Source: Shewanella sp.
GTDB lineage: Bacteria; Pseudomonadota; Gammaproteobacteria; Enterobacterales; Shewanellaceae
DNA length: 64,000 bases
Assembly: GCF_041630135.1 (NCBI RefSeq)
Contig: NZ_JBFKLW010000019.1
Span: forward strand, 2,675 to 66,674
Direction: 5' to 3'
A model generated the notes under the pieces. The model saw only the letters and a list, made by a program, of their open reading frames with translations, ran no database searches and was not told where the DNA came from. The translations under genes and the position numbers were made by a program. Each line of letters opens with the position of its first letter. The first letter of the stretch is position 1. This document shows positions 20,190-29,593 of this stretch, in pieces.

Positions 20190-20783
20190 ATGATTCGCTA
20201 TATTTTCAGTGTGTTAACTTTACTTGTTGGCGTAAGTGCTCAGGCTCAGACGCAGGCTCTGTCTTTGTTTGAAGTGCCTTTTTCCTTTGAATTGCCACAA
20301 GGGTGGAGACTGGCCGAACAGGAGGTTAGGGGAGACATGACCAGTGCTGAATTTGTTCCTGCTACGGATAGTCTTAACGAATGGGGGGCGCTGATTTGCG
20401 TGCAAAGCTTCAGATTGGCGACGAATGGAACCACTCCCGAAGAGTTTTTGGATGGATTGGCACAGCAATATCAACAAAGTTGCCAGGGAGACTCATCATA
20501 CGAGAAGTTAGGGGAAACCCAGATTGATGGTCAAAGAGGCTATCATGCTATTTTGGCTTGCAGCAAAATGCCCGCGCTGCATAAATCTTTGGAGAATCAG
20601 CCATCGTTTGTGTCTGAGCCTGCTGGAGAGGCAGGTTACTACAGCGTTTTCCAGCGTCCGGGGCAGCTGATGTTGTTACATAAATCGATGCGTATGGAAG
20701 TGTTTTCCTCGGGTAACGTGCCAGTGACGCCGAGCAATTATCAGGAATTTATTGCCCCTATGTTACCACTCAGGTTGCAGTGA
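20190..20783 (+). CDS. hypothetical secreted protein, possibly with a PsbP/DcrB-like fold
   Basis: Signal peptide (LLVGVSAQA), ATG 20190 preceded by GGAAG, hairpin terminator downstream. No diagnostic motif recognised. Confidence 0.55.
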   Translation: MIRYIFSVLTLLVGVSAQAQTQALSLFEVPFSFELPQGWRLAEQEVRGDMTSAEFVPATDSLNEWGALICVQSFRLATNGTTPEEFLDGLAQQYQQSCQGDSSYEKLGETQIDGQRGYHAILACSKMPALHKSLENQPSFVSEPAGEAGYYSVFQRPGQLMLLHKSMRMEVFSSGNVPVTPSNYQEFIAPMLPLRLQ

Positions 20784-20810
20784 AAGATGCTCCCCACTAG
20801 TTAACAAATT

Positions 20811-20834
20811 AGACTTTTATACGTTTAGACGTCT
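20811..20834. promoter_or_regulatory. tandem MetJ-box-like repeats overlapping a TATAAT hexamer upstream of the B12 riboswitch
   Basis: Three in-phase 8-mers, AGACTTTT ATACGTTT AGACGTCT (6/8, 6/8, 8/8). The last T is shared with TATAAT at 20834-20839. Confidence 0.45.
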
Positions 20835-20842
20835 ATAATGCG

Positions 20843-20870
20843 CCGCCCGACCCGTTCGGGCGGTTTTTTT
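20843..20870 (+). terminator. terminator after the hypothetical gene
   Basis: CCGCCCGA cccgt TCGGGCGG TTTTTTT. Confidence 0.8.
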
Positions 20871-20875
20871 ACGTC

Positions 20876-21060
20876 AACCCTTTGGGTGCCCGCTATCGCG
20901 GGAGAATCGGGAAGTCGGTGGAATTCCGACACTGCCCCCGCAACGGTAATGGCATTGAGCCTGAGTCCGGAGACCGGCCCAAATGAGGATTTGTTGTGGA
21001 TTTCGGTGGGCAGATCCGCACATGTGGCTCTATAGGGGCTGCCGACAACCTGCCCCGTTT
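20876..21060 (+). promoter_or_regulatory. cobalamin (B12) riboswitch in the leader of the TonB-dependent receptor gene
   Basis: Core GGGAAGTCGGTGGAATTCCGACACTGCCCCCGCAACGGTAA and B12 box GAGTCCGGAGACCGGCC. Compare the E. coli btuB leader: AGGGAATCCAGTGCGAATCTGGAGCTGACGCGCAGCGGTAA ... AAGCCCGAAGACCTGCCGG. The aptamer core spans about 20884-20980. Confidence 0.85.
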
Positions 21061-21082
21061 CCCTTGAAGGAGAATAAGGAAA

Positions 21083-23062
21083 ATGGGAACCAAACTTTCT
21101 TTCATCGCACTGGCTGTGAGCGCAGTGCTTGCGCCTGTGGCTTTCGCTGCATCCCCTTCCAATACGGCAACCGCTGATGTTGACATTATTCGGTCTGCGA
21201 CTGATGAGCATCTGGTCGTGATTGGCCGCAAGCTCGACACTCCATTGAATATTGCAGCCAATGTGGCCGTGATCACCGCCGACGATATTGCCCTTGTTGG
21301 TGCTACCGATTTGGCGGGTTTACTGCGTGGGCAAAGCGGTATTCAGGTGAGTGACAGTGGCACTGGCCCTGTGTTTGCCATGCGTGGCTTTGGCGCAGGC
21401 CAGGCTGCCAGTAACACTCTGATTCTGGTCGACGGCCGCCGTTTGAATAATATTGACATCGCCGCCCCCAGTTTGTCTGCCGTGTCTGTCAGTCAAATTG
21501 AGCGGATTGAAATCCTCTCCGGCAGTGCTGGGGTGCTTTACGGCGACCAGGCCGTAGGTGGCGTGATTAATATTATTACCAAGCGCCCAGAAGGCCAAAG
21601 CGGCGGCGCCAGCATTGGCGGTGGCAGTTTTAACAGCCTGAACGCGTCGGCCGACTTTGCCACTGACATTGGCGGTGGTTGGCATGCCTTTATCGGCGGC
21701 CATTTCGATAAGAGCGATAACTACCGCGACCATGCAAAGAGCGAGACGGGCAGTGTGCTTGGTCGGCTTGAATACCGTGGTGATGCCAATCAGTTTTTCG
21801 CCGAAACGGCTTATTTCGACAATGACAGGCTGCTGGCAGGTTCTCTGAATGAAGCTCAGCTTGATGACAACCCTCGTCAGGCGAATGAATTCAATGCCAC
21901 TGATTATCAACATGAAATCACCAAGGCTGTCCGCAGTGGCTATCAACATCAGTTGACTGATCACTGGGATCTGGGTGCCGATGTGGATTACAGTGACACC
22001 CAGGTGAACTACATCAGTTGGGGTGGTCAGGGTGCAACCGGGCGTTCGTTGTTGGCACTCTCGCCAAAGGCCATCGGCAAGTATCAGACACGCGCCGGAG
22101 AGCTGAAGCTTATCACGGGCTTTGACTTGTCCCGCGGCGAGTCTGAGTTTGAGTCTGCTTACATGAACAGAGGTAATACCCAGAAACTATGGGCCGGTTT
22201 TGTGCAGGCCAGTGTGCCCCTTACTGAGCAGCTAAGCTACGTGGTGGGTGGTCGTTACGCCGAAGTGACCGACGATATTCGTGATGGCAACACCTTCCCT
22301 GCAGGTGGTGATTTGGATAACGATGCCCACGCGCTGGAGTTTGGTATTAACTATCGTCCATCGGCTGCCAGTCGCTTTTATTTGCGCGCTGAGGATAACT
22401 TCCGTTTTGCCAAAGTGGATGAGCAGGCGTACACCTCACAGGGCAGTTTAAAGCCACAAACCGGTCGAAGCTATGAAGCCGGTTGGGACTATTTGGGCAA
22501 CGCACACGGGCTGCGTCTGAGCCTCTATCGCCTGTCTCTGGAAGATGAAATTGTATTTGACCCAAGCGCAGATACGCCAACCGGCGGCTTTTTCCCAGGT
22601 TCCAACGTCAATGCAGATAAGTCCCGCCGCTATGGTGCCATGCTGGACTGGGACTGGCAGGTCACTGAGTCCCTGAAGTTTGGGCTGGATTATCAGTACA
22701 CAGATGCGGAATTTACGGCTGGTTCCAACGATGGCAAGGCATTGTCCTGGGTGGCAAAACACAGTGGTCGTGCCTTTGCAGGTCTGGATGTTGCAGAGCA
22801 TTGGCAACTGTATCTTGATGCCAGTTATACCGGCAGCCGTTTCATTGAAGGTGACAATGCCAATGCAGCGAACCAGCTGGATGCATTTTGGCTTGCCAAT
22901 GTGGCACTGAATTTTGATATTGATGGCGTTAACGCCAGTCTGCGGGTGGATAACCTGTTTGATGAGCAATACGCTGCCTCCGGCTACTACAGCGAATGGG
23001 GTAGTGGTTTCTACCCCGGCGAAGGCCGCAGAGTGAGCCTGACGTTAAGCCTGCGATACTGA
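21083..23062 (+). CDS. btuB: TonB-dependent outer-membrane receptor, BtuB-like vitamin B12 transporter
   Basis: Signal peptide, TonB box EHLVVIG, plug and barrel regions, aromatic C-terminal residue (LTLSLRY). The B12 riboswitch lies immediately upstream. Confidence 0.8.
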   Translation: MGTKLSFIALAVSAVLAPVAFAASPSNTATADVDIIRSATDEHLVVIGRKLDTPLNIAANVAVITADDIALVGATDLAGLLRGQSGIQVSDSGTGPVFAMRGFGAGQAASNTLILVDGRRLNNIDIAAPSLSAVSVSQIERIEILSGSAGVLYGDQAVGGVINIITKRPEGQSGGASIGGGSFNSLNASADFATDIGGGWHAFIGGHFDKSDNYRDHAKSETGSVLGRLEYRGDANQFFAETAYFDNDRLLAGSLNEAQLDDNPRQANEFNATDYQHEITKAVRSGYQHQLTDHWDLGADVDYSDTQVNYISWGGQGATGRSLLALSPKAIGKYQTRAGELKLITGFDLSRGESEFESAYMNRGNTQKLWAGFVQASVPLTEQLSYVVGGRYAEVTDDIRDGNTFPAGGDLDNDAHALEFGINYRPSAASRFYLRAEDNFRFAKVDEQAYTSQGSLKPQTGRSYEAGWDYLGNAHGLRLSLYRLSLEDEIVFDPSADTPTGGFFPGSNVNADKSRRYGAMLDWDWQVTESLKFGLDYQYTDAEFTAGSNDGKALSWVAKHSGRAFAGLDVAEHWQLYLDASYTGSRFIEGDNANAANQLDAFWLANVALNFDIDGVNASLRVDNLFDEQYAASGYYSEWGSGFYPGEGRRVSLTLSLRY

Positions 23063-23077
23063 TAAATACTTGAAAAC

Positions 23078-23108
23078 AAAAAGCCGGACTTGTATCCGGC
23101 TTTTTTTT
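23078..23108 (+). terminator. terminator after btuB
   Basis: AAAAA GCCGGA cttgta TCCGGC TTTTTTTT. Confidence 0.85.
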
Positions 23109-23157
23109 CGGCGATAACAGATAAACTCTGGGCGTGGGATAGCCATGGGAGAGCATA

Positions 23158-23754
23158 GTGCGCTGGATTTATTGTGTTGCCATCTTGATGTTACTAACCG
23201 CTTGCGGCGGGCCACGTCTGCCTTATTTGGGAGAGCACGCAAGAATATTGGCTTTTGGTGATAGTCTGACGTTGGGGGTTGGTGCCTCTGATGAAGGGGA
23301 TTATCCGGCGCATCTGGCAAATTTTTGTGGCTGTGAAGTCATCAATGCTGGCGTTTCCGGTGAAACGAGTGCGCAAGGCCTGGCACGTTTTGCCGACGTG
23401 TTGGATGAGGCTGCTCCGGATATGGTGATACTGCTGGAAGGTGGCAATGATATCCTCAGAAACCTCGACAAAGCAGCGCTGAAAACCAATTTGGCAGCTA
23501 TGATTAGGGAAGCTCGTGCAAGACAAATAGCGGTATTGTTAATTGCGGTGCCGGAAAAGCAGTTGTTATTGTCGCCGCCCACGCTATACAGGGAGTTAGC
23601 GGAAGAGTTTTCACTTCCGCTGTTGGATAAGTCGTTGTCTGAATTACTGCAAGACAGCGCCATGAAATCGGACACCGTACATTTAAATGACGCTGGGTAT
23701 CGGGCTTTGGCAGACGATATTTACCGTTTGGCCAGTGAGAGCGGTGCGTTTTGA
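23158..23754 (+). CDS. SGNH/GDSL hydrolase lipoprotein (arylesterase/TesA-like)
   Basis: GTG start, lipobox LLTAC, and SGNH blocks FGDSLT, GVSGETS, GGNDIL and DTVHLN. Confidence 0.8.
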   Translation: MRWIYCVAILMLLTACGGPRLPYLGEHARILAFGDSLTLGVGASDEGDYPAHLANFCGCEVINAGVSGETSAQGLARFADVLDEAAPDMVILLEGGNDILRNLDKAALKTNLAAMIREARARQIAVLLIAVPEKQLLLSPPTLYRELAEEFSLPLLDKSLSELLQDSAMKSDTVHLNDAGYRALADDIYRLASESGAF

Positions 23755-23895
23755 TGGACAGAAGATAAAAATGTGAACCCTGGGGGAAATCAACTTGACC
23801 GGGAACGGGATTTTATGGGTAAATTCCCAGATAATAATCACCGGGTCGGTTGTTGGGTCAGGTTGTAATAGCCCGGAAAATAATAGGTTGGATTC

Positions 23896-24624
23896 ATGAC
23901 TGAGCTTGTGCATCAGGTGTTTTCTCAAATCAGGGCGATCATAGCCAATGAAGAACAGGTCATTGGTCGCCGTGGGATCCTTATACCACTGAAAAAGGCC
24001 ATCATTGCCGATGGTGATGTGCGTAACGTAGTGGATATCATTTCCAGCGATCCCGCGCTTGCAGCACACTTGTTGTGGCGCAGTACTACGGCTCACGCCG
24101 CTGGTGTGGCTAACAATAGTAAGAACCGCAGCCTGAAGGATGCCTTAATCCGCCTGGGTCAGGTCAATATTTATCGTTACGCGTTCAGTTTTTATCTTAA
24201 AGAGCGGCTTGATGAATTGCCTGAGCCTTACAAAAAGCTGGTGCAAGGTTATTGGCGCTTAACCGAGAGTATTGCTGCGGCTGCCGTTGACAGTCTCAAG
24301 GACATCAACAGTCAAATTGATCCGGACGAAGTCCAGACGTTAGCCTTATTCAGCGTGTTTGGGCAGATTATTGCGTTGACCGCCTTCGCTTATCTTAATG
24401 CGGAATCGCAGAAGTCTATTCCACTGAGTGTTATTAAAGAAATTATTGATAATCAACAACAAACGCTAACACTGGAAGCATTCGATTCTCTTGGGCTGGA
24501 TGAAGAGCTAAAAGATGAGTTTATGATTGCCCATAATCTGAGGCAAACCCGTAATCCCAATTCTGCCGGGCTGGTGCTGCGCCGAATATTATCGATGCGC
24601 GGCTTGCTGCTTAACCCGTTGTAA
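23896..24624 (+). CDS. HDOD domain-like signalling protein
   Basis: DVRNVVDIISSDPALAAHLLWRS resembles the HDOD signature (..DP.L...lL..aNS). Recognition is weaker than for the other calls. Confidence 0.5.
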   Translation: MTELVHQVFSQIRAIIANEEQVIGRRGILIPLKKAIIADGDVRNVVDIISSDPALAAHLLWRSTTAHAAGVANNSKNRSLKDALIRLGQVNIYRYAFSFYLKERLDELPEPYKKLVQGYWRLTESIAAAAVDSLKDINSQIDPDEVQTLALFSVFGQIIALTAFAYLNAESQKSIPLSVIKEIIDNQQQTLTLEAFDSLGLDEELKDEFMIAHNLRQTRNPNSAGLVLRRILSMRGLLLNPL

Positions 24625-24632
24625 CCAATAGT

Positions 24633-24660
24633 AAAAAGCCTGCTTAAGCAGGCTTTTTTT
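24633..24660. terminator. bidirectional terminator between the HDOD gene and metR
   Basis: AAAAA GCCTGC ttaa GCAGGC TTTTTTT. Confidence 0.85.
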
Positions 24661-24664
24661 ACTA

Positions 24665-25570
24665 TTAGCGCGGTTGCTTTTGTTTTGCGACTCCTTCGGC
24701 CGCGACCAATTCCAGATAACGCTGAAGCTTGCTTGAGTTGGCGTGCCCACGGCGGTAGGCGCCAAACAGGGGGCGTTTTAAGCCTTCTGCTCCGAGACGT
24801 ACGCTGGTAAGGCTGAGTCCCTGTGCTTCGCTGATGGACCAGCTTGGCAGGGCCCCAATACCATCCTGGCAGGCGATGCGTTGCAACAGTACCGAGGTGA
24901 GATCGCAGGTTTTCTGCACTCCCGGGGTAACGCCTGCCGGCTCCAGAAACAAGCGGAACAGGTCAAGTCTTTCCAGTGGTACCGGATAGCTGATAATCGG
25001 CAGTCCTTGCAGATCCCGTGGCAGCACCTGTGGCTTATCGGCCAGAGGATGCTCTTTGGCAACCGCCAGACGCACTTCAAAATCAAACAGGTGCTGATAA
25101 GCCAATTGGTGGCCAGGTACAGGGTCGGATGTCAGCACTATGTCCAGCTCCCCGGATTCCAGCGCGTTGAGGGAGTCGAACAGGTGACGACTGGAGAGAT
25201 CCAGGTCTGAGTCAGGGAATTCCGCCCGGAAGGCTTCCATCACCGGCATCAACCAGCGAAAGCAGCTGTGGCATTCAATCCCAACCCGAATAAGGTTATC
25301 GTCACTCTCCAGACCTTTTTTCAATACTGACTCTGTTTCCATTACCCGCGGCAGAATTTCTTCGGCCAGATTCAGCAATCTGGCACCTTCCTGGGTAAAG
25401 GACAGAGGTTTACTCTTTCTCACAAACACGGGCGAGTTGATGCGGGTTTCCAGTTCTTTAATCTGATGAGACAAAGCTGACTGGGTGACAAAGCGCTTTT
25501 TGGCCGCAGCCGCAAGGCTGCCACTCTCTTTCAGTGCCATCAGGGTGCGAAGGTGTCTTAGCTCTATCAT
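24665..25570 (-). CDS. metR: LysR-family activator MetR
   Basis: MIELRHLRTLMALKESGSLAAAAKKRFVTQSALSHQIKELE and IECHSCFRWLMP are colinear with E. coli MetR. The gene is divergent from metE. Confidence 0.9.
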   Translation of the reverse strand: MIELRHLRTLMALKESGSLAAAAKKRFVTQSALSHQIKELETRINSPVFVRKSKPLSFTQEGARLLNLAEEILPRVMETESVLKKGLESDDNLIRVGIECHSCFRWLMPVMEAFRAEFPDSDLDLSSRHLFDSLNALESGELDIVLTSDPVPGHQLAYQHLFDFEVRLAVAKEHPLADKPQVLPRDLQGLPIISYPVPLERLDLFRLFLEPAGVTPGVQKTCDLTSVLLQRIACQDGIGALPSWSISEAQGLSLTSVRLGAEGLKRPLFGAYRRGHANSSKLQRYLELVAAEGVAKQKQPR

Positions 25571-25582
25571 CTCTACTCCACA

Positions 25583-25595
25583 TGAAGTTTGTTCA
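25583..25595. promoter_or_regulatory. MetR binding site (TGAA-N5-TTCA)
   Basis: TGAAgtttgTTCA is a perfect match to the MetR consensus in the metR-metE intergenic region. An imperfect second copy, TGAAtgcaaTTCg, lies at 25605-25617. Confidence 0.65.
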
Positions 25596-25643
25596 TGTTG
25601 CCCGTGAATGCAATTCGTTTGCTTGCCAGAAGACTACCACAAT

Positions 25644-25667
25644 AAACTTCTAGACGTCCAGACGCCT
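25644..25667. promoter_or_regulatory. tandem MetJ boxes
   Basis: Three in-phase 8-mers, AAACTTCT AGACGTCC AGACGCCT, match the AGACGTCT consensus at 6/8, 7/8 and 7/8. They lie upstream of metE. Confidence 0.65.
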
Positions 25668-25734
25668 ATTAAAATTTGTTTAACAGGGGTCCCTCTTTGA
25701 ATTGTGTTCATATTAAACCAAGAAGGTATACAAT

Positions 25735-28005
25735 ATGCAATTAAATAGTCTTGGCTTTCCACGGATAGGACGTCGCCGTGAGCTGAAGTTCGCCCTCGAG
25801 CAATACTGGCGTGGAGAGTTGTCCCGGAATGAGCTGCTGGCACAGGCCAAGGCACTGCGTCACACCCACTGGCAGTGGCAGGCTGATGCTGGGGTAGAAC
25901 GTTTGCCGGTAGGGGATTTTGCCTATTACGATCAGGTGCTGACCCTGGCGGCGACCTTAAATGCCATTCCTTTGCGCCACCGCGATGGCGATAAGGTGGA
26001 TCTGGATACCCTGTTCAGGGTTGCCCGAGGCCGGGCACCAAGCGGCAAAGCTGCTGCAGCGGCGGAAATGACCAAGTATTTCAATACCAATTACCACTAC
26101 ATAGTGCCTGAGCTTCACGCCAACCAAACCTTTTCCATCGCCTGGACTCAGTTGTTTGACGAAGTCGAAGAAGTCAAAGCGCTTGGCTATGACCCCAAAC
26201 CCTGCATCCTGGGTCCGGTGTCTTTCCTGTATTTGTCGAAAGCTTACGGCAGTGAATTTGATAAATTAAGCCTGTTGCCGCAGCTGCTGGATACTTATGC
26301 TGAGTTGCTGGCGCGCTTTGCCGCTCAGGGCGTGAGCTGGGTACAAATTGAGGAGCCTGTGCTGGCGCTGGATCTGGATGAAAGCTGGCAGTCAGCCTTT
26401 GCCACGGCATATCAGGCTTTTACCTGTGTGTCGGTTAAGCTGCTTTTGACCTGCTACTACGGTTCAGTGGCCCATCATGCTGACATCATTGGTGCGCTGC
26501 CGGTGGCGGGCTTGCATTTGGATCTGGTGTCTGCGCCGGAGCAGCTTGAGGTCTTTTTGCCAAGGCTTGGACAGCAACAGGTGCTGAGTCTGGGCCTTGT
26601 TAATGGCCGCAACGTGTGGGCCGCAGACCTGGATGTGATTGCCGAGCGTATCGCGCCGGTTGCCAGAGATCTTGGCGATCGCCTGTGGCTCGCCATATCC
26701 TGTTCGCTGCTGCACACGCCGGTTGATCTCGATGTGGAAACTACCCTTAGGCCTGAACTCAAGCGCCAGCTTGCCTTCGCCAGGCAAAAGCTGCTGGAGC
26801 TAAGAAGCCTGGATACCTTGCTGACCGCACCCAATGGCGCTGAAGCTTTGGCGATTGTCGCCGAATGTGTGGCGCGCCGCGCCGAGCGCGCCCAGGCCGC
26901 CGATGCCGAGGTGGCCGCCAGGCTGGATGCACTCACCAGTGCCGATTTTGAGCGTCAAAGTGCGTTTGCTGCCCGTCAACTACAGCAGCAACAGCGGCTT
27001 AAGCTGCCACTGCTGCCAACCACTACCATAGGTTCTTTCCCGCAGACCCCGGCCATTCGAGCACTGAGAAGCCGTTTGCGCAAAGGTGAAATCAGCGTCT
27101 TTGAGTACGATAACCAGCTCAAGCAGGTGTGCCGCGATACCATCGACCGCCAGCTGAAACTCGGCATAGATGTGTTGGTGCACGGTGAGGCCGAGCGTAA
27201 TGACATGGTAGAGTATTTTGGTGAGCAGCTCGACGGTGTTGGCTTTACCAAAAACGGCTGGGTGCAGAGTTATGGCAGTCGCTGCGTAAAACCGCCATTG
27301 ATTTACGGCGATGTAACGCGTCCTCGGCCGATGACTCTCGACTGGGCCGAGTACGCCCAGAGCCTGACCGACAAGCCGGTGAAAGGCATGCTGACCGGGC
27401 CTGTGACCATTCTGCATTGGTCGTTTGCCAGGGAAGATATCAGCCGCGAGACTATCTGTAAGCAAATTGCACTGGCGATTCGCGATGAAGTGGCGGATCT
27501 GGAGCGCTCAGGCATTGCCATTATCCAGATTGACGAGCCAGCGTTCCGCGAAGGGTTACCCCTGCGCCGCGCTGACTGGCAGGCGTATCTCGACTGGGCA
27601 GTGGACTCCTTTAAGCTGAGCGCTGCCTGCGTGCGGGATAACACCCAAATCCACACCCACATGTGCTACAGCGAGTTTAACGACACCATAGCCGCCATAG
27701 CCGCCATGGATGCTGATGTGATCACCATAGAGACCAGCCGTTCGGCGATGGAGTTGCTGCGCGCCTTTGAGGACTTTGAGTATCCAGCCGAAATTGGTCC
27801 GGGCGTGTACGACATCCACTCCCCCAATACGCCGGACGTTGAAGCCATGGTCGCCTTGATGGAAAGAGCCGCCAAACGTATTCCTCTGCGTCAGCTGTGG
27901 GTAAATCCTGACTGTGGCCTTAAAACCCGTACCTGGGATGAGGTGGAGCCGGCGCTGCGCAATATGGTGGAAGCCACCCGCGAGCTGCGTCGCCGTCTGA
28001 GCTAA
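25735..28005 (+). CDS. metE: cobalamin-independent methionine synthase
   Basis: 756 aa with two Meth_synt halves and Zn ligand motifs HTHMCYSEF and NPDCGLKTR. Confidence 0.95.
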   Translation: MQLNSLGFPRIGRRRELKFALEQYWRGELSRNELLAQAKALRHTHWQWQADAGVERLPVGDFAYYDQVLTLAATLNAIPLRHRDGDKVDLDTLFRVARGRAPSGKAAAAAEMTKYFNTNYHYIVPELHANQTFSIAWTQLFDEVEEVKALGYDPKPCILGPVSFLYLSKAYGSEFDKLSLLPQLLDTYAELLARFAAQGVSWVQIEEPVLALDLDESWQSAFATAYQAFTCVSVKLLLTCYYGSVAHHADIIGALPVAGLHLDLVSAPEQLEVFLPRLGQQQVLSLGLVNGRNVWAADLDVIAERIAPVARDLGDRLWLAISCSLLHTPVDLDVETTLRPELKRQLAFARQKLLELRSLDTLLTAPNGAEALAIVAECVARRAERAQAADAEVAARLDALTSADFERQSAFAARQLQQQQRLKLPLLPTTTIGSFPQTPAIRALRSRLRKGEISVFEYDNQLKQVCRDTIDRQLKLGIDVLVHGEAERNDMVEYFGEQLDGVGFTKNGWVQSYGSRCVKPPLIYGDVTRPRPMTLDWAEYAQSLTDKPVKGMLTGPVTILHWSFAREDISRETICKQIALAIRDEVADLERSGIAIIQIDEPAFREGLPLRRADWQAYLDWAVDSFKLSAACVRDNTQIHTHMCYSEFNDTIAAIAAMDADVITIETSRSAMELLRAFEDFEYPAEIGPGVYDIHSPNTPDVEAMVALMERAAKRIPLRQLWVNPDCGLKTRTWDEVEPALRNMVEATRELRRRLS

Positions 28006-28094
28006 ATCTTAACCCATGAAATCAGGGGCTATACTGAGGGAACAATATAGGGGATGCGCTTCAGGGCTGCGTTCCCGCTTACAGGAGGTTTGCC

Positions 28095-28304
28095 ATGAAT
28101 CACGTCTACAAGATTATTGAAGTCACAGGTTCCTCTCCCCTCAGCAGCGATGATGCCATTCGCAATGCAGTGGCTGCGGCGGCGCAGTCACTGCATCATT
28201 TACGTTGGTTCGAAGTGATAGAGACCCGCGGCCACCTTGAAGCGGGTGTGATAGCCCATTGGCAGGTGACGGTGAAAATCGGATTTACCCTGGATACGCC
28301 TTAG
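28095..28304 (+). CDS. dodecin-family flavin-binding protein
   Basis: 69 aa: [11 protein letters not shown]...[12 protein letters not shown]...[10 protein letters not shown], the typical dodecin pattern. AGGAGG RBS. Confidence 0.75.
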   Translation: MNHVYKIIEVTGSSPLSSDDAIRNAVAAAAQSLHHLRWFEVIETRGHLEAGVIAHWQVTVKIGFTLDTP

Positions 28305-29467
28305 GCGTCTCTTGGCATGCCTTTCTCAATGGCGCGGATCAGCCGCGCCGTTCTGCGGCTCTCAGTAGTGAGGCCACCTTGTTGGCGGGTGATGGCCCAA
28401 TGAATGTGTTCGGCCACCATTCCATCCACCTCGACATCCGTAAGGCGAGTCTTCAGCGCGCACAGAATATCCGGATTTGCCGGCGCATTACCCAGTGCCA
28501 CAGCAATGTTTCTCAGCCACCTTTTATGACCAATGCGGCGGATGGCGCTGCCCTCGGTTTGCTTTAAAAAGGTAGCCTCATCCCAGGCAAACAGGCTCAG
28601 CAGCGATGGCAGTTTGAGTGGCTGTCGTGTCTGAAAGTCGGCTTCAGCTGACAGCGGCGAGCCACTGTTGACCGGGCAGGCCAGCTGACAGTCATCACAA
28701 CCATAGATGCGGTTGCCGATCAAGGGCCGGAATTCTTCTGGAATGGCACCCTGAAGTTCAATGGTGAGATAGGAGATGCAGCGCCGGCCATCTACCACAT
28801 AGGGAGCGACTATGGCATCAGTGGGGCAGCTTTTGATGCAGGCCACGCAGGTGCCGCAATCGTCTGCAATGGGAATATCGACAGGCAGTGGCAGATTTAC
28901 CAGTAGCTCTCCCAAAAAGAACCAGCTGCCAGCCTGATGATTAAGCATAAGTGAGTGCTTGCCAGTCCAGCCAAGACCGGCTTTTTCCGCCAGTGGCCGC
29001 TCAAGAATGGGAGCCGAATCAACAAAGGGGCGAAAGTTCGACGGCGTAAAGCCTCGTTCAATAAGCCAGGCATCGATTTGCTCGCCAAGTTTTTTGAGTC
29101 GGTTACGCATCAGCTTGTGATAGTCACGGCCACCGGCATAGCGGGAAATATAGCCAAGATTGGGGTCGCGCAGGTTAGCGGCAAAACCTGCGTTCTCGGG
29201 TAGGTAATCCATGCGTGCGGCAATGACCCGGATGGTGCCGGGGTGCAGTTCCTGCGGGCGGGCGCGCATCAACCCATGGCTTTCCATATAGCCCATCTCG
29301 CCGTGGTAGCCCTTGGTGAGCCAGTCCAGGAATTTGGGTTCTTCATCCGTCAGGTCGGTATCGGTAATGCCAACGTCGGCAAAGCCAAGACTTCTTCCCC
29401 AGTCTTTGATCTGACGGGCAAGCTCACTGTAAGCGGCTGAACTGGTTATTGAGTTCTTAGGTGGCAT
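28301..29467 (-). CDS. queG: epoxyqueuosine reductase (B12 / 4Fe-4S)
   Basis: Ferredoxin motifs [12 protein letters not shown] and CDDCQLACP. Overall QueG length, including the C-terminal HEAT-like tail. Confidence 0.88.
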   Translation of the reverse strand: MPPKNSITSSAAYSELARQIKDWGRSLGFADVGITDTDLTDEEPKFLDWLTKGYHGEMGYMESHGLMRARPQELHPGTIRVIAARMDYLPENAGFAANLRDPNLGYISRYAGGRDYHKLMRNRLKKLGEQIDAWLIERGFTPSNFRPFVDSAPILERPLAEKAGLGWTGKHSLMLNHQAGSWFFLGELLVNLPLPVDIPIADDCGTCVACIKSCPTDAIVAPYVVDGRRCISYLTIELQGAIPEEFRPLIGNRIYGCDDCQLACPVNSGSPLSAEADFQTRQPLKLPSLLSLFAWDEATFLKQTEGSAIRRIGHKRWLRNIAVALGNAPANPDILCALKTRLTDVEVDGMVAEHIHWAITRQQGGLTTESRRTARLIRAIEKGMPRDA

Positions 29468-29593
29468 GACATGATAATTGGACTGAAAGCCCGAAGATAA
29501 TAACAGCTTTTGACACTTCAGTCAGGAGACTGCTGGAGGTCGAAGATTCCTGCAGCTATGATGAAGTTATGTCGGAGTATCCAAGGAGCTGCA

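Noticed and set aside
20825-21276. ORFs of 127-128 aa on the minus strand and small plus-strand ORFs upstream of btuB
   Set aside because: They overlap the cobalamin riboswitch and the btuB 5' end. The riboswitch sequence signature explains the conservation-like appearance.
25571-25734. Cobalamin riboswitch upstream of metE
   Set aside because: The leader is only 164 nt and shared with metR. It has no GGGAA/GGTG...CCCGCAAC core and no B12 box. MetR and MetJ sites account for the region.
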